NCBI GenBank assembly: GCA_964035575.1
Contig: OZ037835.1
Location: forward strand, 558,001-622,000
Direction of reading: 5' to 3'
Source: Rhynchopus sp. YZ270_cl-10
Lineage: Eukaryota
DNA length: 64,000 nucleotides
Position numbers and translations under genes: made by a program. The notes under the pieces were generated by a model that did no database searches, had not been told where the DNA came from, and saw only the letters and a program-made list of their open reading frames with translations. Each line of letters begins with the position of its first letter. Position 1 is the first letter of the stretch. This document shows, one piece after another, positions 23,801 through 35,529 of the stretch.

Positions 23801-24513
23801 GCGAGAACGGTGCGTTCTGTTGCATCACCAATGGCACCCTGTACCAAAACCTTTCCATCAGTCGCAACAGCAAGACCACCAAGCGAGTACGCCAAGGCGA
23901 CGTGCCGTGCGTACTGCAGCTGCGCCGCGCCCGACACTGCATAGCTGTACATCGTAGTGGCTGTGCCGTTCATCATCAACAGATAGCTCCCTGAGAGTGC
24001 TATCCAGTTGACCCTACTGGACACAGACAGAACCTCAGTGGTCTCTGCGGTATATATGTTAATGTGCACTATCTTAGAAGGCGCTACACTACTTGGCCAT
24101 GACAGAAAGATGCATGCATCTCCAATCGTGACGCCCCCTGGCGCAACATCAGAAGCATACTCAGAGGTGCTTACTACAGCGAGGGCGTTGAGATCGACGA
24201 CCATGAGCGTATAGGTGGTGGGTTTTTGTATGGTAGGGGTCAGGACGACAAGGCCCACAGTCGAGTTGTAGTAGATTGCGACGTCCGCAGCGCCGCCCAG
24301 CTGCAGATCCAGCCCCACCGCAACCGGCTTCGCAGCATCCCTCGCGTTAACCACCCCCACCTCCCCTGTCGTGCTCACATAGTGCAGATAGTCGACAAAC
24401 CCCGCCTGGGGCACCGCACGTTCAAACACCCGCCCAAGTGTCGGAATCTCGACCCGACCGACTGTCCCGTTGACAGCACACAGCTGGGTCATCATGATAG
24501 CGAGGAAACCCAT
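20806..24513 (-). CDS. Type I membrane surface protein with LVIVD-like beta-propeller repeats and a central Pro/Thr-rich mucin-like stalk, 1235 aa
   Basis: Long ORF; N-terminal hydrophobic signal; LVIVD-like units (VYVPTADTITFYDVMDLATPHLLG; FLFVSYRDGMFQVYNLSDPFKATFV; IIGIDVSDLHEPKLS); TDAP/TTAP repeats; C-terminal TM MVMATVFVVLCLLTGVLFLLISYY and short tail. Confidence 0.85.
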   Translation of the reverse strand: MGFLAIMMTQLCAVNGTVGRVEIPTLGRVFERAVPQAGFVDYLHYVSTTGEVGVVNARDAAKPVAVGLDLQLGGAADVAIYYNSTVGLVVLTPTIQKPTTYTLMVVDLNALAVVSTSEYASDVAPGGVTIGDACIFLSWPSSVAPSKIVHINIYTAETTEVLSVSSRVNWIALSGSYLLMMNGTATTMYSYAVSGAAQLQYARHVALAYSLGGLAVATDGKVLVQGAIGDATERTVLAILQCDWGNQAGELTESRMTLLSGASTPAWTASRVYVPTADTITFYDVMDLATPHLLGRFDCDSCVSVFASSGEEIFVAQNNGVVTMAVPAIVALPEAAIKIITVPQATKTPEFDKVIDLTAEGKAFASYVITHVNGPLMVPLDRKVMYIVNDTVADAPVLSQYFELPEEPLLMGYADPTHFFMCSHSAYSMGNVADRASPSFLLTSLGQGRVPSNALQMWGGAMYQMWQSPVDTKIKTHAWVVRIDVSGKAVTVLQAPAQVQTMGVADGFLFVSYRDGMFQVYNLSDPFKATFVWERQLTYAMTSISGVNGGLACGVSPAAYHFDTVVVLRPLGASWADGVAEAARYYFPGSWIYLLTIVGNMVYVPTCFRKEIIGIDVSDLHEPKLSFSVLMQTPVIKVVFSKGYGYAQYWDQSNSGVGVEYFAMPPPTDAPATPVPDTSSPPTGAPDTSGPTPVPPTHAPPTDAPATALPTAPPTTVPATDTPRTDAPLTTVPTTSAPDTTAPTPVPVPQTGAPHTSVPLTTAPATSVPATAAPQTLPPPTLPPTEDPSTGSPPTEAPTTDVPTTDVPTTDVPNNTTDAPAAPTPAPSSVPATAVPTTAPDTAPPTAQPTGHPVQGGISSTWDMRLVLTPFNTLAACNGVCGTLYAIGGQSLYTVRVDTQNASLGGSVLLQGECTGLTLTADSAYGVTRCGTSLQVIGFVGGAVLLPSGLSGAVGEDLLAWAQSDTTVFTVVQSARQEATVHRWLLHPSRPMEAAGYLQGIPYWEDAPTALTVAHGVLYLTIGTTLTLVNATSTPPQRITTQTLPEVFSSLQYTDEHMVGITSSSVVILQVNASGTLEETGRVDFSAQKLVVQRNIYAIGAASIAVVAIDAGIPSVAYMLETAAPTVGVVEDRGFIYVATAAGALLQFRDRAGDRSTCKAAGGGGGGGGSGDGPTPLMVMATVFVVLCLLTGVLFLLISYYGKVLQKQEPGSAQKADALIGDTESCEGHTEMVMK

Positions 24514-25009
24514 TTATTTTTTGGAAAAGCCGCCCCGGGGAGGGGTGTGGGTGGGAAGGGGAGAATGGAAGGGGAGGGGGTTTGTACGCTCTGAAGAGAG
24601 GGGTGATTTGAGATGTGAAGTGCATCAGATGGGGGGCCCGGGGGAGGTTGGATCGATGTGACTATTAACTCTTGTGGCAAGTGTGTCATGTGTTACAATG
24701 ACCGGTGCACCGTCGTACTTCGAGAAGAGGTACGCTCCTAAGGACTCATCGCTTTTGTTGTACATATACAGAAGGTGTGGGGAGATCGAGGGTCGTATTT
24801 GAACTCGGGTTTCCTCAACACACGACACCACCTGGACACTGAACCACACCAGGAAGAAAGAGCACAAAAGTTGACTTGAAATACAACAGCCCTCTCATGA
24901 CAGTGTACCTTAGTACAATGATCAGTGTACCGGGGGTGAACCAACCATCAGTTCCCTATATCCATTTCAAGGTACTCTACGTTCCTTGCCGAGCTTCTCC
25001 TGTCGCTCT

Positions 25010-25966
25010 TTACGAAACACTGCACCTAGGCAAGGCTGCTTGCGTCTTGTTGCTGCCACGTGTCGGAGGTGTGTCAACCACATACTCGTTCAGCTGCCCT
25101 GCACGTACTTGACCATACACAGCACTGCTGCAGCCGGCAAGGTGGATGCTCCTCAACGAAGTGTAGTTGACGGCAGGAAGCTCACCCATGTGCGTAACTC
25201 TGCTGAGTGGTGACAGGTCGAGTTCTGTGAGGCTCGTGCAGAAGGCAAGAAAGCGGTCATCAATGTATGTAACTCTGCTGAGTGGTGATAAGTCCACTGA
25301 TGTGAGACTCATGCATTCGGCAAGAAACCGGTCATCAATGCGAGTAACATTGTGAAGTGGTGATAAGTTGATTGCTGTGAGGCTTCTGCAGTTGTCAAGA
25401 AAACGGTCAGGAATTTCTTCAACATTACGAAGTGGTGATAAGTCTACTGCTGTGAGGCTGATGCAGTCGGCAAGAAAGTGGGAACCAATCCGTGTGAGAC
25501 GTGTCAACCCAGACAGGTCGACGCTTGTTAACGATGTGCACCGGTGAAGAAACTGATCGCCTATTTCCGTGATACACGACACAGCATCCAGATCAAGTGC
25601 TGTTAACGATGTGCGCGCGAGGAATGTATTCGGAATGACAGTCGCAACCTCCGCCTGCAGAAGCAAACACGCAACCTCAGGATCCTCCACAGTCTCCAGC
25701 CGCTCTGCTCTGATGTCCTCACCCAACGCATGAAGTGCTGCTCTGGCCTGGAACTTGACCTTCATTTCCGTCAGGATGATTGTGTCTCCAGCACTCAGCT
25801 GCGTGATGTCGTCTCCGTCCTCCTTCCCTCCGAAGCCCATGTGGAAGCTGTCCTCAGCCAACCCCACTGCAGACGCCACCTTCTGCCGCATCGTCTCCGT
25901 TGTGTCATCCACACCCACCTCGATCACATACGAGTTGTCTGCGAAGTCCTTGATAACTACTTCCAT
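25010..25966 (-). CDS. Ubiquitin-like domain + BspA/TpLRR-type leucine-rich repeat protein with CaaX-like end (copy A, intact, 318 aa)
   Basis: N-terminus MEVVIKDFADNSYVIEVGVDDTTETMRQKVASAVGL...FGGK aligns by eye with ubiquitin; six 25-aa LRRs SLTxVDLSPLxxVTxIxxxFLxxC; ends RCSVS*. Confidence 0.85.
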   Translation of the reverse strand: MEVVIKDFADNSYVIEVGVDDTTETMRQKVASAVGLAEDSFHMGFGGKEDGDDITQLSAGDTIILTEMKVKFQARAALHALGEDIRAERLETVEDPEVACLLLQAEVATVIPNTFLARTSLTALDLDAVSCITEIGDQFLHRCTSLTSVDLSGLTRLTRIGSHFLADCISLTAVDLSPLRNVEEIPDRFLDNCRSLTAINLSPLHNVTRIDDRFLAECMSLTSVDLSPLSRVTYIDDRFLAFCTSLTELDLSPLSRVTHMGELPAVNYTSLRSIHLAGCSSAVYGQVRAGQLNEYVVDTPPTRGSNKTQAALPRCSVS

Positions 25967-26675
25967 TTTGTCTTCCTTTTGTGTTGCTCTGTTGTGTGGT
26001 GGGGTTGTGGGAGTTGCTTCCTTTGTAGGTAGCCGTACACATTGAGGAGCACTCATGCGGACTACGCCACTTTGTGTAAAAGTGCTCTTTACGTCTTTTC
26101 CTTCTGTAGTGTAAAAGGATTCGGCCAACATTGAGCACAGACCCTCTTCTGGGTACTTAGGCGAGTTGGGATACAAAGCCCGCGAGGTTGCTACGAAGTA
26201 CATTAGCAAAGACACGTTGCAGATACCCCCATGCACCAACCGGGAAAGAAGTCTTCGCAAAATGGTGCATTGCCTTTCCCTCCGACTTGGGCAGAATACT
26301 GTTCCAGGAGAACAAGGGTGATAGGGGTGTGAAAACAGGTGGAGGTAGGGGGGCCTTTTGATGGAAAACATGTCGTTGCGTACTTCGAGAAGAGGTACGC
26401 TCCTAAGGACTCATCGCTTTTGTTGGAAATGTGCGGAAGGGTGTGGGGTGATCGAGGGTCTTATTTGCGAACCACTCGGGTTTCCTCAACACACGACACC
26501 ACCTGGACACTGAACCACACCAGGAAGAAAGAGCACAAAAGTTGACTTGAAATACAACAGCCCTCTCGTACCTTAGTGCAATGATCAGTGTACCGGGGTG
26601 AACCCCCAACCATACAGTTCCCTATATCCATTTCGAGGTGCTCTACGTTCCTTGCCTAGCTTCTCCTGTCGCTCT

Positions 26676-27529
26676 TTACGAAACACTGCACCTAAGCTAG
26701 GCTGCTTGCGTCTTGTTGCTGCCACGTGTCGGAGGTGTGTCAACCACAAGGTCCGTCAGCTCGCCTGCACGTACTCGACCATACACAGCACTGCTGCAGC
26801 CGGCAAGGTGGATTCTCCTCAACGAAGTGCAGCCGTTCGCAGGAAACTTACCAAATTGCATAACTCTGCTGAGCGGTGATAGGTCGAGTTCTGTGAGGCT
26901 CGTGAAGGCAAGAAAGTGGTCATCAATGTATGTAACTCTGCTGAGTGGTGATAAGTCCACTGATGTGAGACTGCAGTTGTAAAGAAACCGGTAATGAATG
27001 CAAGTAACATTACGAAGTGGTGATAAGTCTACTGCTGTGAGACTTCTGCAGTCGGAAAGAAAGTGGGAACCAATCCGCGTGAGACGTGTCAACCCAGACA
27101 GGTCGAGGCTGGTCAACGCTGAGCAGTGCTGAAGAAACGCAGCGCCGATTTCCGTCACACAGGACACAGCACTCAGATCAAGTGCTGTTAACGATGTGCG
27201 CGCAAGGAATGCATTCGGAATGACAGTCGCAACCTCCGCCTGCAGAAGCAAACACGCCACCTCAGGATCCTCCACAGTATCCAGCCGTGATGTCCCTTTC
27301 ACCCAACGCATGAAGTGCTGCTCTGGTAGTTTTCGTCAGAATGATTGTGTCTCCAGCACAGCTGCGTGATGTCGTCTCCTTCGTCCTTCCCTCCGAAGCC
27401 CATGTGGAAGCTGTCCTCAGCCAACCCCACTGCAGACGCCACCTTCTGCCGCATCGTCTCCGTTGTGTCATCCACACCCACCTCGATCACATACGAGTTG
27501 TCTGCACAGTCCTTGATAACTACTTCCAT
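26676..27529 (-). pseudogene. UBL-LRR pseudogene (copy B)
   Basis: 2-bp deletion near 27359 versus paralogues (CAGCACAGCTG vs CAGCACTCAGCTG), further indels at 27285-27330, premature TAG at 26697-26699 removing the CSVS end. Confidence 0.85.
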
Positions 27530-27990
27530 TTTGTCTTCTATTCTTTGTGTTGCTCTGTTGTGTGGTGTGGTTGTGGGAGTTGGCCGTGGTGGGTGAACAT
27601 GGTGAAAGAAAAACAACACCCACCAAGACGCTTCCTATAACATAAAAATTAATGAACACAAAAACCAGCGCGTGTGGAAGAATAAAGAAGAAGAAAATAT
27701 TTTTTCTGATCCAAAGTCGTGTTTACGTTTTGGGTACGGGGCGGAGAATAAAACCTGTTCGATAAAAGAAACGCGATCTTATTGCTTTATCTTGTTCAGA
27801 AAAAAAGAGAGAGAAAGTTATTGCCGCCTTGCCCCCACCCCACCCCTGCAAAAGGCAACGAACACCCAGTGGGAGAGATTCTTTGTTTAGTACTTGCAAG
27901 TCTGGATCCCTGCACACATCGCATAATGGGACAAGCAGCTGTCACAGCGGAGCTGCTCTACGTTCCTTGCCTAGCTTCTCCTGTCGCTCT

Positions 27991-29641
27991 TTACGAAACA
28001 CTGCACCTAGGCAAGGCTGCTTGCGTCTTGTTGCTGCCACGTGTCGGAGGTGCGTCAACCACAAGTTCCGTCAGCTCGCCTTCACGCACTCGACTGGACA
28101 CAGCACTGCTGCAGCCGGCAAGGTGGATTCTCCTCAACGAAGTGTAGACGTTAGCAGGAAACTCACCTAAGTGCGTAACTCTGCTGAGCGGTGACAGGTC
28201 TAATTCTGTGAGGCTGATGCAGCGGGCAAGAAACCAGTCATCAATGTGAGTAACATTGCTGAGTGGTGATAAGTCTAGATCTCTGAGGCTCGTGCAGCAG
28301 GCAAGAAAAAGGTCATTAATGTGAGTAACATTGCTGAGTGGTGATAAGTCCACTGATGTGAGGCTGCTGCAGCTGTAAAGAAAACCTTCACAAATGTATG
28401 TAATATTGCAGAGTGGTGATAAGTCCACTGCTGTGAGACTGGTGCAGCAGGTAAGAAAGCTTGTGCCAATATGAGTAACATTGCAAAGTGGTGATAAGTG
28501 TACTGCTGTGAGGCGGAGGCAGTCGGCAAGAAAGTAGGCACCAATCCGTGTGAGACGTGTCAACCCAGACAGGTCGATGCTTGTCAACGTTGTGCACGCG
28601 TGAAGAAAATCGGAGGCAATTTCCGTCACACACGAACAAGCACTCAGATCAAGTCTCGTTAACGATGTGCGCGACAAGAATCCTTTCGGAATGACAGTCG
28701 CAACCTCCGCCTGCAGAAGCAAACACGCCACCTCAGCATCCTCCACAGTCTCCAGCCTCTCTGCTGATAAACGTTTTTAAAAATAGGATGGAACACCCCG
28801 TTCCGAAGAGGAATGCAGCCACCCCGAAAAAGTGGGGGTGTGTCGCCAGTCTGCGGTGAGAAACTCCTCCCTGAGTCAAAACTGCCGCTGGTTAGCGCTG
28901 GCTAAGGTTCCCTTTTCACCCGGTCACAATCGAGTCTCGCTCCGTCGGCGTTGACTGCACTGCAAAGCCCCTTGGTCCACCGTCGTAAAAAGACACCACA
29001 AAAAGCGTAGGTAGGTGGGGGACCGGCAGGTTACAGACAGAGGCAGTACGGAGCTAAGGTGTCGGCGGTCGCGGGTTGCCGTGGAGGCCTGCCCCCCGTG
29101 GAGGTCTTGGGATCTGGGAGTTGTGGAAGTGATCGGCTCAGAGTACCCTGCATTCCATGCACGACTCGAGCTCCTTGTGGTAGGATATTGGGGTCCCGGG
29201 AAGCACCCTTCGCCCCGAGGTCCCACCACCCCAGACAGTTTGTAGGTCTAAAAGCACAACGTACTTGTCCAGGACCTGGCCGCTCTTGGGTTCTCTCGAA
29301 AAAAAGATACTAATCCCGTACGCCCGTGCACCGCAAAAATGTGCTATGGGGGGCGGTCCGCCGTCGGGAGTCTCCAGCCTCTCTGCTGTGATGTCCTCAC
29401 CCAACGCATGAAGTGCTGCTCTGGCCTCGACCTTCTTAGTTTCCGTCAGGATGATTGTGTCTCCAGCACTCAGCTGCGTGATGTCGTCTCCTTCCTCCTT
29501 CCCTCCGAAGCCCATGTGGAAGCTGTCCTCAGCCAACCCCACTGCAGACGCCACCTTCTGCCGCATCGTCTCCGTTGTGTCATCCACACCCACCTCGATC
29601 ACATACGAGTTGTCTGCACAGTCCTTGATGACTACTTCCAT
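27991..29641 (-). pseudogene. UBL-LRR copy C, interrupted by a 602-bp insertion (otherwise an open 342-aa frame)
   Basis: Joining 29641-29369 to 28746-27991 restores a complete frame with 7 LRRs ending RCSVS*. Confidence 0.8.
28767..29368 (-). mobile_element. 602-bp non-coding retroposon-like insertion (SINE/SIDER-like)
   Basis: Perfect 20-bp TSD AGTCTCCAGCCTCTCTGCTG (28747-28766, 29369-29388); no TIRs; structured GC-rich 5' end on the minus strand, AT-rich 3' end. Confidence 0.8.
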
Positions 29642-30770
29642 TTTTGTCTTCTATTCTTTGTGTTGCTCTGTTGTGTGGTGGGGTTGTGGGAGTTGGGGCA
29701 ACATGCGGGGCACTCGGGGCCACTGAGTTACTCAGAATAACACTTGAAGGGGGCAATCATGGGTTGGGAAAGGCTGAAGAATGGGTGGAAAAGTGAGGAG
29801 GAAAATGATTATCTTTTGTCTCGTTTCCTGTGGAAGTACTGCATCTATTTCGAGAGCAAATTGAACACAATAACATCAACAAAAATGTGAAAGATAAATA
29901 CTTTCACATCTTAAAAAAAGCCATTTTAAAAAAAAAAAGTTGAAAAGATGAATGTACCAAGGGCAGACATCTAAAGACATAATAGATTTAGATTTACACA
30001 GATGGTGTGGCTGAAACAAAGCTATTGTATCTCTAGTAGAAGTCCACAAAAGTGCACACCGCATCTTACTGTTAGAATGGCAAAAAGTTTTGAAAAATTT
30101 AAAAATAAAAAAAGAAAAAAAATAAAGGGCAAGACATCGTCAACGTGGGATTAGGGATATTTTGGTGTTTTGGTGCGTTGCGCAACAAAAAAAGGTGGTC
30201 GAAGAGAGGGGGAAAAAAATTGTATTTGAACTTTCTTGGTTTTTATTGTGAGTGGTTAACACCAACCCTCTGCGAGACAGAGCATAGGAAAGTCTGCCAT
30301 CACACCTCCACAAAAATGATGTGTGTTTCCATGGATCTCAAAACAAAAACAAAAACAAAAGTTTGTCAGATGAACTCGAAGTCTTCAGCTTGAAGTCTTC
30401 AGCCTCGTGTTTAAGTCACCTTTTCAAAAAAAAAAAAAAAATCTTGTTTCTGTTTTCCTGACTCACACTTTCGTATCGGTCAGAAGATAGGAACAGTGCA
30501 AATCAGGAAGACAGCAAGACAAAGTATAACCATAACACAAAAAGGTGAGAGTATTTTTTTTTTCCCCTCTTTTTTTTCAAATTTCGTTTTGAAAACTTTG
30601 GTTGTATTAGTGTAGACATCCGAGGATGGGCTTCACTAAGTTTTATTTTTAGTCAAGTGGAGTCCTACCAACAAAATGCGGAACTAGGGGGGTGAGTCTG
30701 CAAGAAAGCAGACCAATCATATCCTAGAAAGCACAATAACCTATTTTTGGGGGATTTTTAGAATAAGTTA

Positions 30771-31054
30771 CTGGGGGGGGGCGAATAAGAGATGTGGCAT
30801 CTCTTATTAGGCGAACGGACGAGCCAGAAATAAAAAAAAATTTTTGGGGGAAAAAAAGCAAAAAGACATTTTCGCCGGAGGCAAAAAAAATATTTTGACC
30901 ACTTTTTTGCCAGACCGGGTAGACAGGGTAAAATTTCAAAAAAAAATTTCAAGATAAAACCCTGTCGCATGCAAAAAAAAAAAAAAAAAAAATACCCCCA
31001 AAATCTCAACCTGATCTCTTATTCGGCCCTGATCTCTTATTCGCCCCCCCCCAG
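30771..31054. mobile_element. Tc1/mariner-type MITE
   Basis: TIRs CTGGGGGGGGGCGAATAAGAGAT / ATCTCTTATTCGCCCCCCCCCAG flanked by TA; same end family as 59932-61668. Confidence 0.75.
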
Positions 31055-31481
31055 TAAAGAAATAAATTTCTTTAACCCTTTGGGGGAGGGGTCCGTTGCG
31101 GTGTGTGACATATATGTGAATCAAGAAACACGAGAAAACAAAAAAAAAAATCAGTCTAAAGCCAGGCGGGTTTCGCTTTGTTTTATTGTAATAATGAGGT
31201 TGTCTTGGGATAGTAATATCAACCTTTTTCATTTTTTTTTTTTTTTTTTTTTTTTAAATAAATTATTGGAGTAGTGTAGTTGCCTCGGTTGTGTTGCCAC
31301 AGTTTTGTGCAATCTCCATTGCCTTTCTTTTTTTTTCTTCAAAGCCCCACTCTTTATTTTGTGCATTTTGTGCATTTTTTTTCCTTTTTACTTTTTTTTG
31401 AAAGATTGACAACGTATAGACATATTTCTAAGGTGGGGTCCCTCAAAGGGGGGGTCCCTATATAATCCTTCCCCCTTTCCC

Positions 31482-33194
31482 TCACGCAAACGCAGAGAGC
31501 AAATGGTGCACCCTTCTTGGCATTTGAGGGGTCTCTTGCGGGACAACGAAGCCTTTTGAGGGGATGGATTTTGAGGCAAATTTTGAGGCGAGACGGCGGG
31601 CGGCGTGGACAGCGGTGTCTGCAGCACTTGCAGGAAACATTTCCGCAGACGTCACATTCTCGACATAGTGCCGCAACATCGTCGTCAGCACCCCAGCGGG
31701 AAGCATGCCCTCACCGCACAACACCATCCCCAAGCTCAACGCTGCCGCATACGCCCCACCCTCCTTCGTATTCCCTTCCTCATGGTACAGCACCTCCTTC
31801 ACAGTCATCGCCTCTGTCTCCACGATCAGAGCTGGCCCCCCCACAATCCTTGCCAACAACATCCCCGACAGCACATCCGCAAGCTCCGCGCCGACCGACG
31901 CCACCAGCCCCCCCAACAGCTCTGGCGCATGCTTTCCACAGATTTTTACCAGCGCGCTGGCGACATCGTGGATAGCGCTGTTGCAACACATCCTCACGAC
32001 ACCAGCTCTATTGTATGAGAGATCGGAGTCGATTCTTTCCGCTATCGCCTCCGCATCACCTTGCAGATAGATCCCACCCAAGGTGGTGTAGATGCGTTTG
32101 CGGTGGGGTTCTGTGTCGTCGTCGTCGTTGGGTGCATCGGTAAGGGCAGGTGTCGTCGCAACTACGGTGCTGACGGGGCGATGAGGTTCGCGGTGGCGCT
32201 GTCCAGAGTCGACAGAGAAAAGGTCGCTTTCGAGAACAAAGTCGTCTCCCGTGGTAGCAAGCGAGAGCGTGCTCATGGCTAGGAACGCAGCGTATGCTGT
32301 CGCGAAGCTTGGGCGGGATGGGCGTGATGACGTTACGGAGGCTGTGGAATGAAGGCGCTTTTCTGGCTTCGCTTTCAGGAGCGGTTTTGGAATGTATGTG
32401 GGCTTTGGGTTGCGGGGGGCCGGAGGGGTCGACGGTTTTGCGGAAGGTGTTGCTGGAGGTGTGTGTGAGGTCTCGGTAGTCTTTTGGGGGGTGTTGGTGG
32501 TGTCTCGTTTGTAGTAGGCTTGGGGCTGGACACCGTCTGGCTCGTTTAGGTCCAAGGGGAGGGCGCCGGGGGAGACGTAAGTGTCGCCTGCAGCTGTCGC
32601 GGCCTCGCAGATGCGTGCAAGGCGGTCGCGGTGGCGGGTCCCTTCTGTGTGGATGGCGTACTGCGCATAGCTGTTGCAGTGGACCCGGCATTCGGCACAC
32701 CGGAAGCGCTGTGACCGCACCTCACAACGTACCTTGACCCGCGCCTCGGGGGCACGTACAGGGAATTCGCCGTACCAGGTTGCGCCGTATTGTTCGGTCA
32801 AATGGTCGGCGAGGCGCGAAGGATGTACCCAATGACATACGTGCTCCCATCTGTCCGAGAACGCATTGCAGCGTGCGTGCCATGCTGCACGGTCGGTGGG
32901 TGGTGCGCCTTCAGAGGTGTTGTCTGTGTCCGAGCTTGCCGTGCTATCCGAGGGCGTGAGGGGTCCATCAGGCGGTGTGCCCTCGAGCGAGCGCGGGGAG
33001 GTGCTGTTCGTCAGAGGCGTGCCCTCCACGCTTGGGGTGTCGTCCGCTAGCGGTGCTAACGTGGCGGACTCCACCAGACGGATGAAGGCGTCCTCGCATG
33101 CATAAACGTCTGCAGGGCACTGTGCGGGGCGGTGCTCTGGACGGTACGCCTTTCGTAGAAGGCGCTCGCGCAGGAGAGTAACAGCTTGGGACAT
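31482..33194 (-). CDS. Hypothetical protein with one matrin/U1-type C2H2 zinc finger and a helical C-terminal domain, 570 aa
   Basis: FRCAECRVHCNSYAQYAIHTEGTRHR motif; GC-rich ORF; ATG 33194 directly follows a pyrimidine tract + CAG (possible splice acceptor, so an upstream exon cannot be excluded). Confidence 0.7.
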   Translation of the reverse strand: MSQAVTLLRERLLRKAYRPEHRPAQCPADVYACEDAFIRLVESATLAPLADDTPSVEGTPLTNSTSPRSLEGTPPDGPLTPSDSTASSDTDNTSEGAPPTDRAAWHARCNAFSDRWEHVCHWVHPSRLADHLTEQYGATWYGEFPVRAPEARVKVRCEVRSQRFRCAECRVHCNSYAQYAIHTEGTRHRDRLARICEAATAAGDTYVSPGALPLDLNEPDGVQPQAYYKRDTTNTPQKTTETSHTPPATPSAKPSTPPAPRNPKPTYIPKPLLKAKPEKRLHSTASVTSSRPSRPSFATAYAAFLAMSTLSLATTGDDFVLESDLFSVDSGQRHREPHRPVSTVVATTPALTDAPNDDDDTEPHRKRIYTTLGGIYLQGDAEAIAERIDSDLSYNRAGVVRMCCNSAIHDVASALVKICGKHAPELLGGLVASVGAELADVLSGMLLARIVGGPALIVETEAMTVKEVLYHEEGNTKEGGAYAAALSLGMVLCGEGMLPAGVLTTMLRHYVENVTSAEMFPASAADTAVHAARRLASKFASKSIPSKGFVVPQETPQMPRRVHHLLSAFA

Positions 33195-35529
33195 CTGGTA
33201 AGGGGGAGGGGGAGGGGGGCTGTGTGTGGAGGAATCTGTGGTGTTTTTTGTTGGTTCAACTTCCCCTAGTTGTGACCGTCCGCTGGGAGGCAGATACACA
33301 CGGCGGGGAGCGCATTTCAAACGAGTCATGAAGTGAAGTAACAATCCGTTTTGTTTGCCCTGCAGCGCTGCCTCCAATCTTTTTAGAATTGGCAACAAGT
33401 TGTTTTATCAAAAAACCGATTACCCTTCCGATTCTCCGTGGTTCTTCCGTAGGTGCTCCGGTCAGGAGGTCCACCCTAATGATAGACACCCCCTTTACCC
33501 CCAAATAGTAGCTATTTTCCCAAAATAACTTTAATTTTCCCCTGGGTTCTTTTATTGTCCCTTTGTCAAATTCTCTTTGTTTTTCTCTTTTGTCTATTTT
33601 TCCTGCATTTCTTATGCTCTTCATTTGTACTTTCTTTTGTTTTGGTTGTTGTTAGATACGCTCAATCGCCTATCGAGTTCTGTGAATAGCACGGAACTCC
33701 TTTCCAGGTATATCCATGGAAAGACAGTATCATATGTGATACCGGGACAGAGAGACAATTGGAGGTAAATTTTTTGAAAAAAGGTGTCGTTGAGAAAAAA
33801 CAAACAAACGGATGCGCTGTGTGAAAAAAAAACGAGTGTTTCTCTGCGCGTGATATTTTGTGGGGAAGAACCGGCCGTGCCCAAGACCCACTCAGGGGTG
33901 GCATTTTTGGGCTCAGGTGGGTGCAGCTGCTGGGTCTGAACTGTCTTTTTTGCAAACGTTTGGGGCTGAACTGTCTTTATCGAAACATGTTGGGCCCATA
34001 CTGTCCAAAAGTCAAACGTAGTGGGCCAGACTGTCCTTATCCCTATTTTTTTAATCCCCCACTACAGTTATCCCCCTTTTTTTGAGAAAAATAAAATTGG
34101 CGATATTTTTATCCGCCATTCTACAGTTATCCCCCACTACAATTATCCCGCCCCCCCCCCCCCCCTTTACCTTCACCCGACATCATTTAATGCTTGAGGG
34201 GAAATTTTGGCGAGCAGACTTCGCGTACCCTGCTTCACCTGCGGCAGCGACGGCCTTGATGTCGTGATGGACTTCTACGATTCACACCGACTCACACGTT
34301 GCGGCGCGCGCGAGCTACAGAACACAACGTTGCGTGAATGTTGCAAGTCATGCCACGGGACAGCCCAGCATCAAATCTTTCTGTCAACCCCGCCCCCTCC
34401 CCGCTGAACTACAGTGACCCCTCGGGGTCATCTGCTGACTTGTGGGTGAGGCCGCTGCCGTCGAGAGAGAAGCAGCTGAGAGAAGCAAGCTGTCACAGCG
34501 GAGCTGCTCTACGTTCCTTGCCTAGCTCCTCCTGTCGCTCTTTACGAAACACTGCAGCAATGCACGTCTGCTTTCGTCTGGTCTCTGCCACGTGTCGGAG
34601 GTGCGTCAACCACATACTCCTGCAGCTCGCATTCACGCACTCGATCGGACACAACACTGCTGCAGCCGGCAAGGCGGATGCTCCTCAACGAAGTGTAGTT
34701 GCCATCAGGTATATCACCCATATGCGTAACCTTGCGGAGTGGTGACAGGTCTAGTTCTGTGAGGCTGCTGCAGTTGGAAAGAAAGTTTGTGCCAATGTGT
34801 GTAACATTGCGGAGTGGCGATAAGTCCACTGTTGTGAGGCTGCCGCAGTTTTCAAGAAAGCCCTCGCTAATGTGTGTAACATTGCTGAGTGGTGATAAAT
34901 CCACTGCTGTGAGGCTGCTGCAACGGTCAAGAAACCTTGTACTAATGTGTGTAATATTGCGAAGTGGTGATAAGTCTACTGATGTGAGGCTCCTGCAGCC
35001 GGCAAGAAAGCTTGTACTAATGTGTGTAACACTGCTGAGTGATGATAAGTCTGCTGATGTGAGGCCGCTGCAGTTGTAAAGAAAGCTTGAACTGATGTGT
35101 GTAACACTGCGGAACAGTGATAAGTCTAGTTCTGTGAGGCATCTGCAGTTGTCAAGAAATCCTGTACTAATGTGTGCAACATTGCTGAGTGGTGATAAGT
35201 CCACTGCTGTGAGGCTGACGCAGTCGGAAAGAAAGTAGGTACCAATCCGCGTGACACGCATCAACCCAGACAGGTCGATGCTCGTCAACGATGTGCACCC
35301 GTGAAGGAAACCATCGGCAATTTCCGTCACACACGACACAGCACTCAGATCAAGTCTCGTTATCGATGAACGCGACAAGAATCCTTTCGGAATGACAGTC
35401 GCAACCTCCGCCTGCAGAAGCAAACACGCAACCTCAGGATCCTCCACAGTCACCAGCCGCTCCGCTGTGATGTCCTCACCCAACGCATGAAGTGCTGCTC
35501 TGGCCTCGAACTTCTTACTTTCCGTCAGG

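Noticed and set aside
25967..26371. N-terminal extension of the 453-aa ORF (also upstream extensions at 6593, 10149, 14219 and 33398)
   Set aside because: Non-ATG starts in UTR or repeat sequence; paralogues and signal peptides point to downstream ATGs
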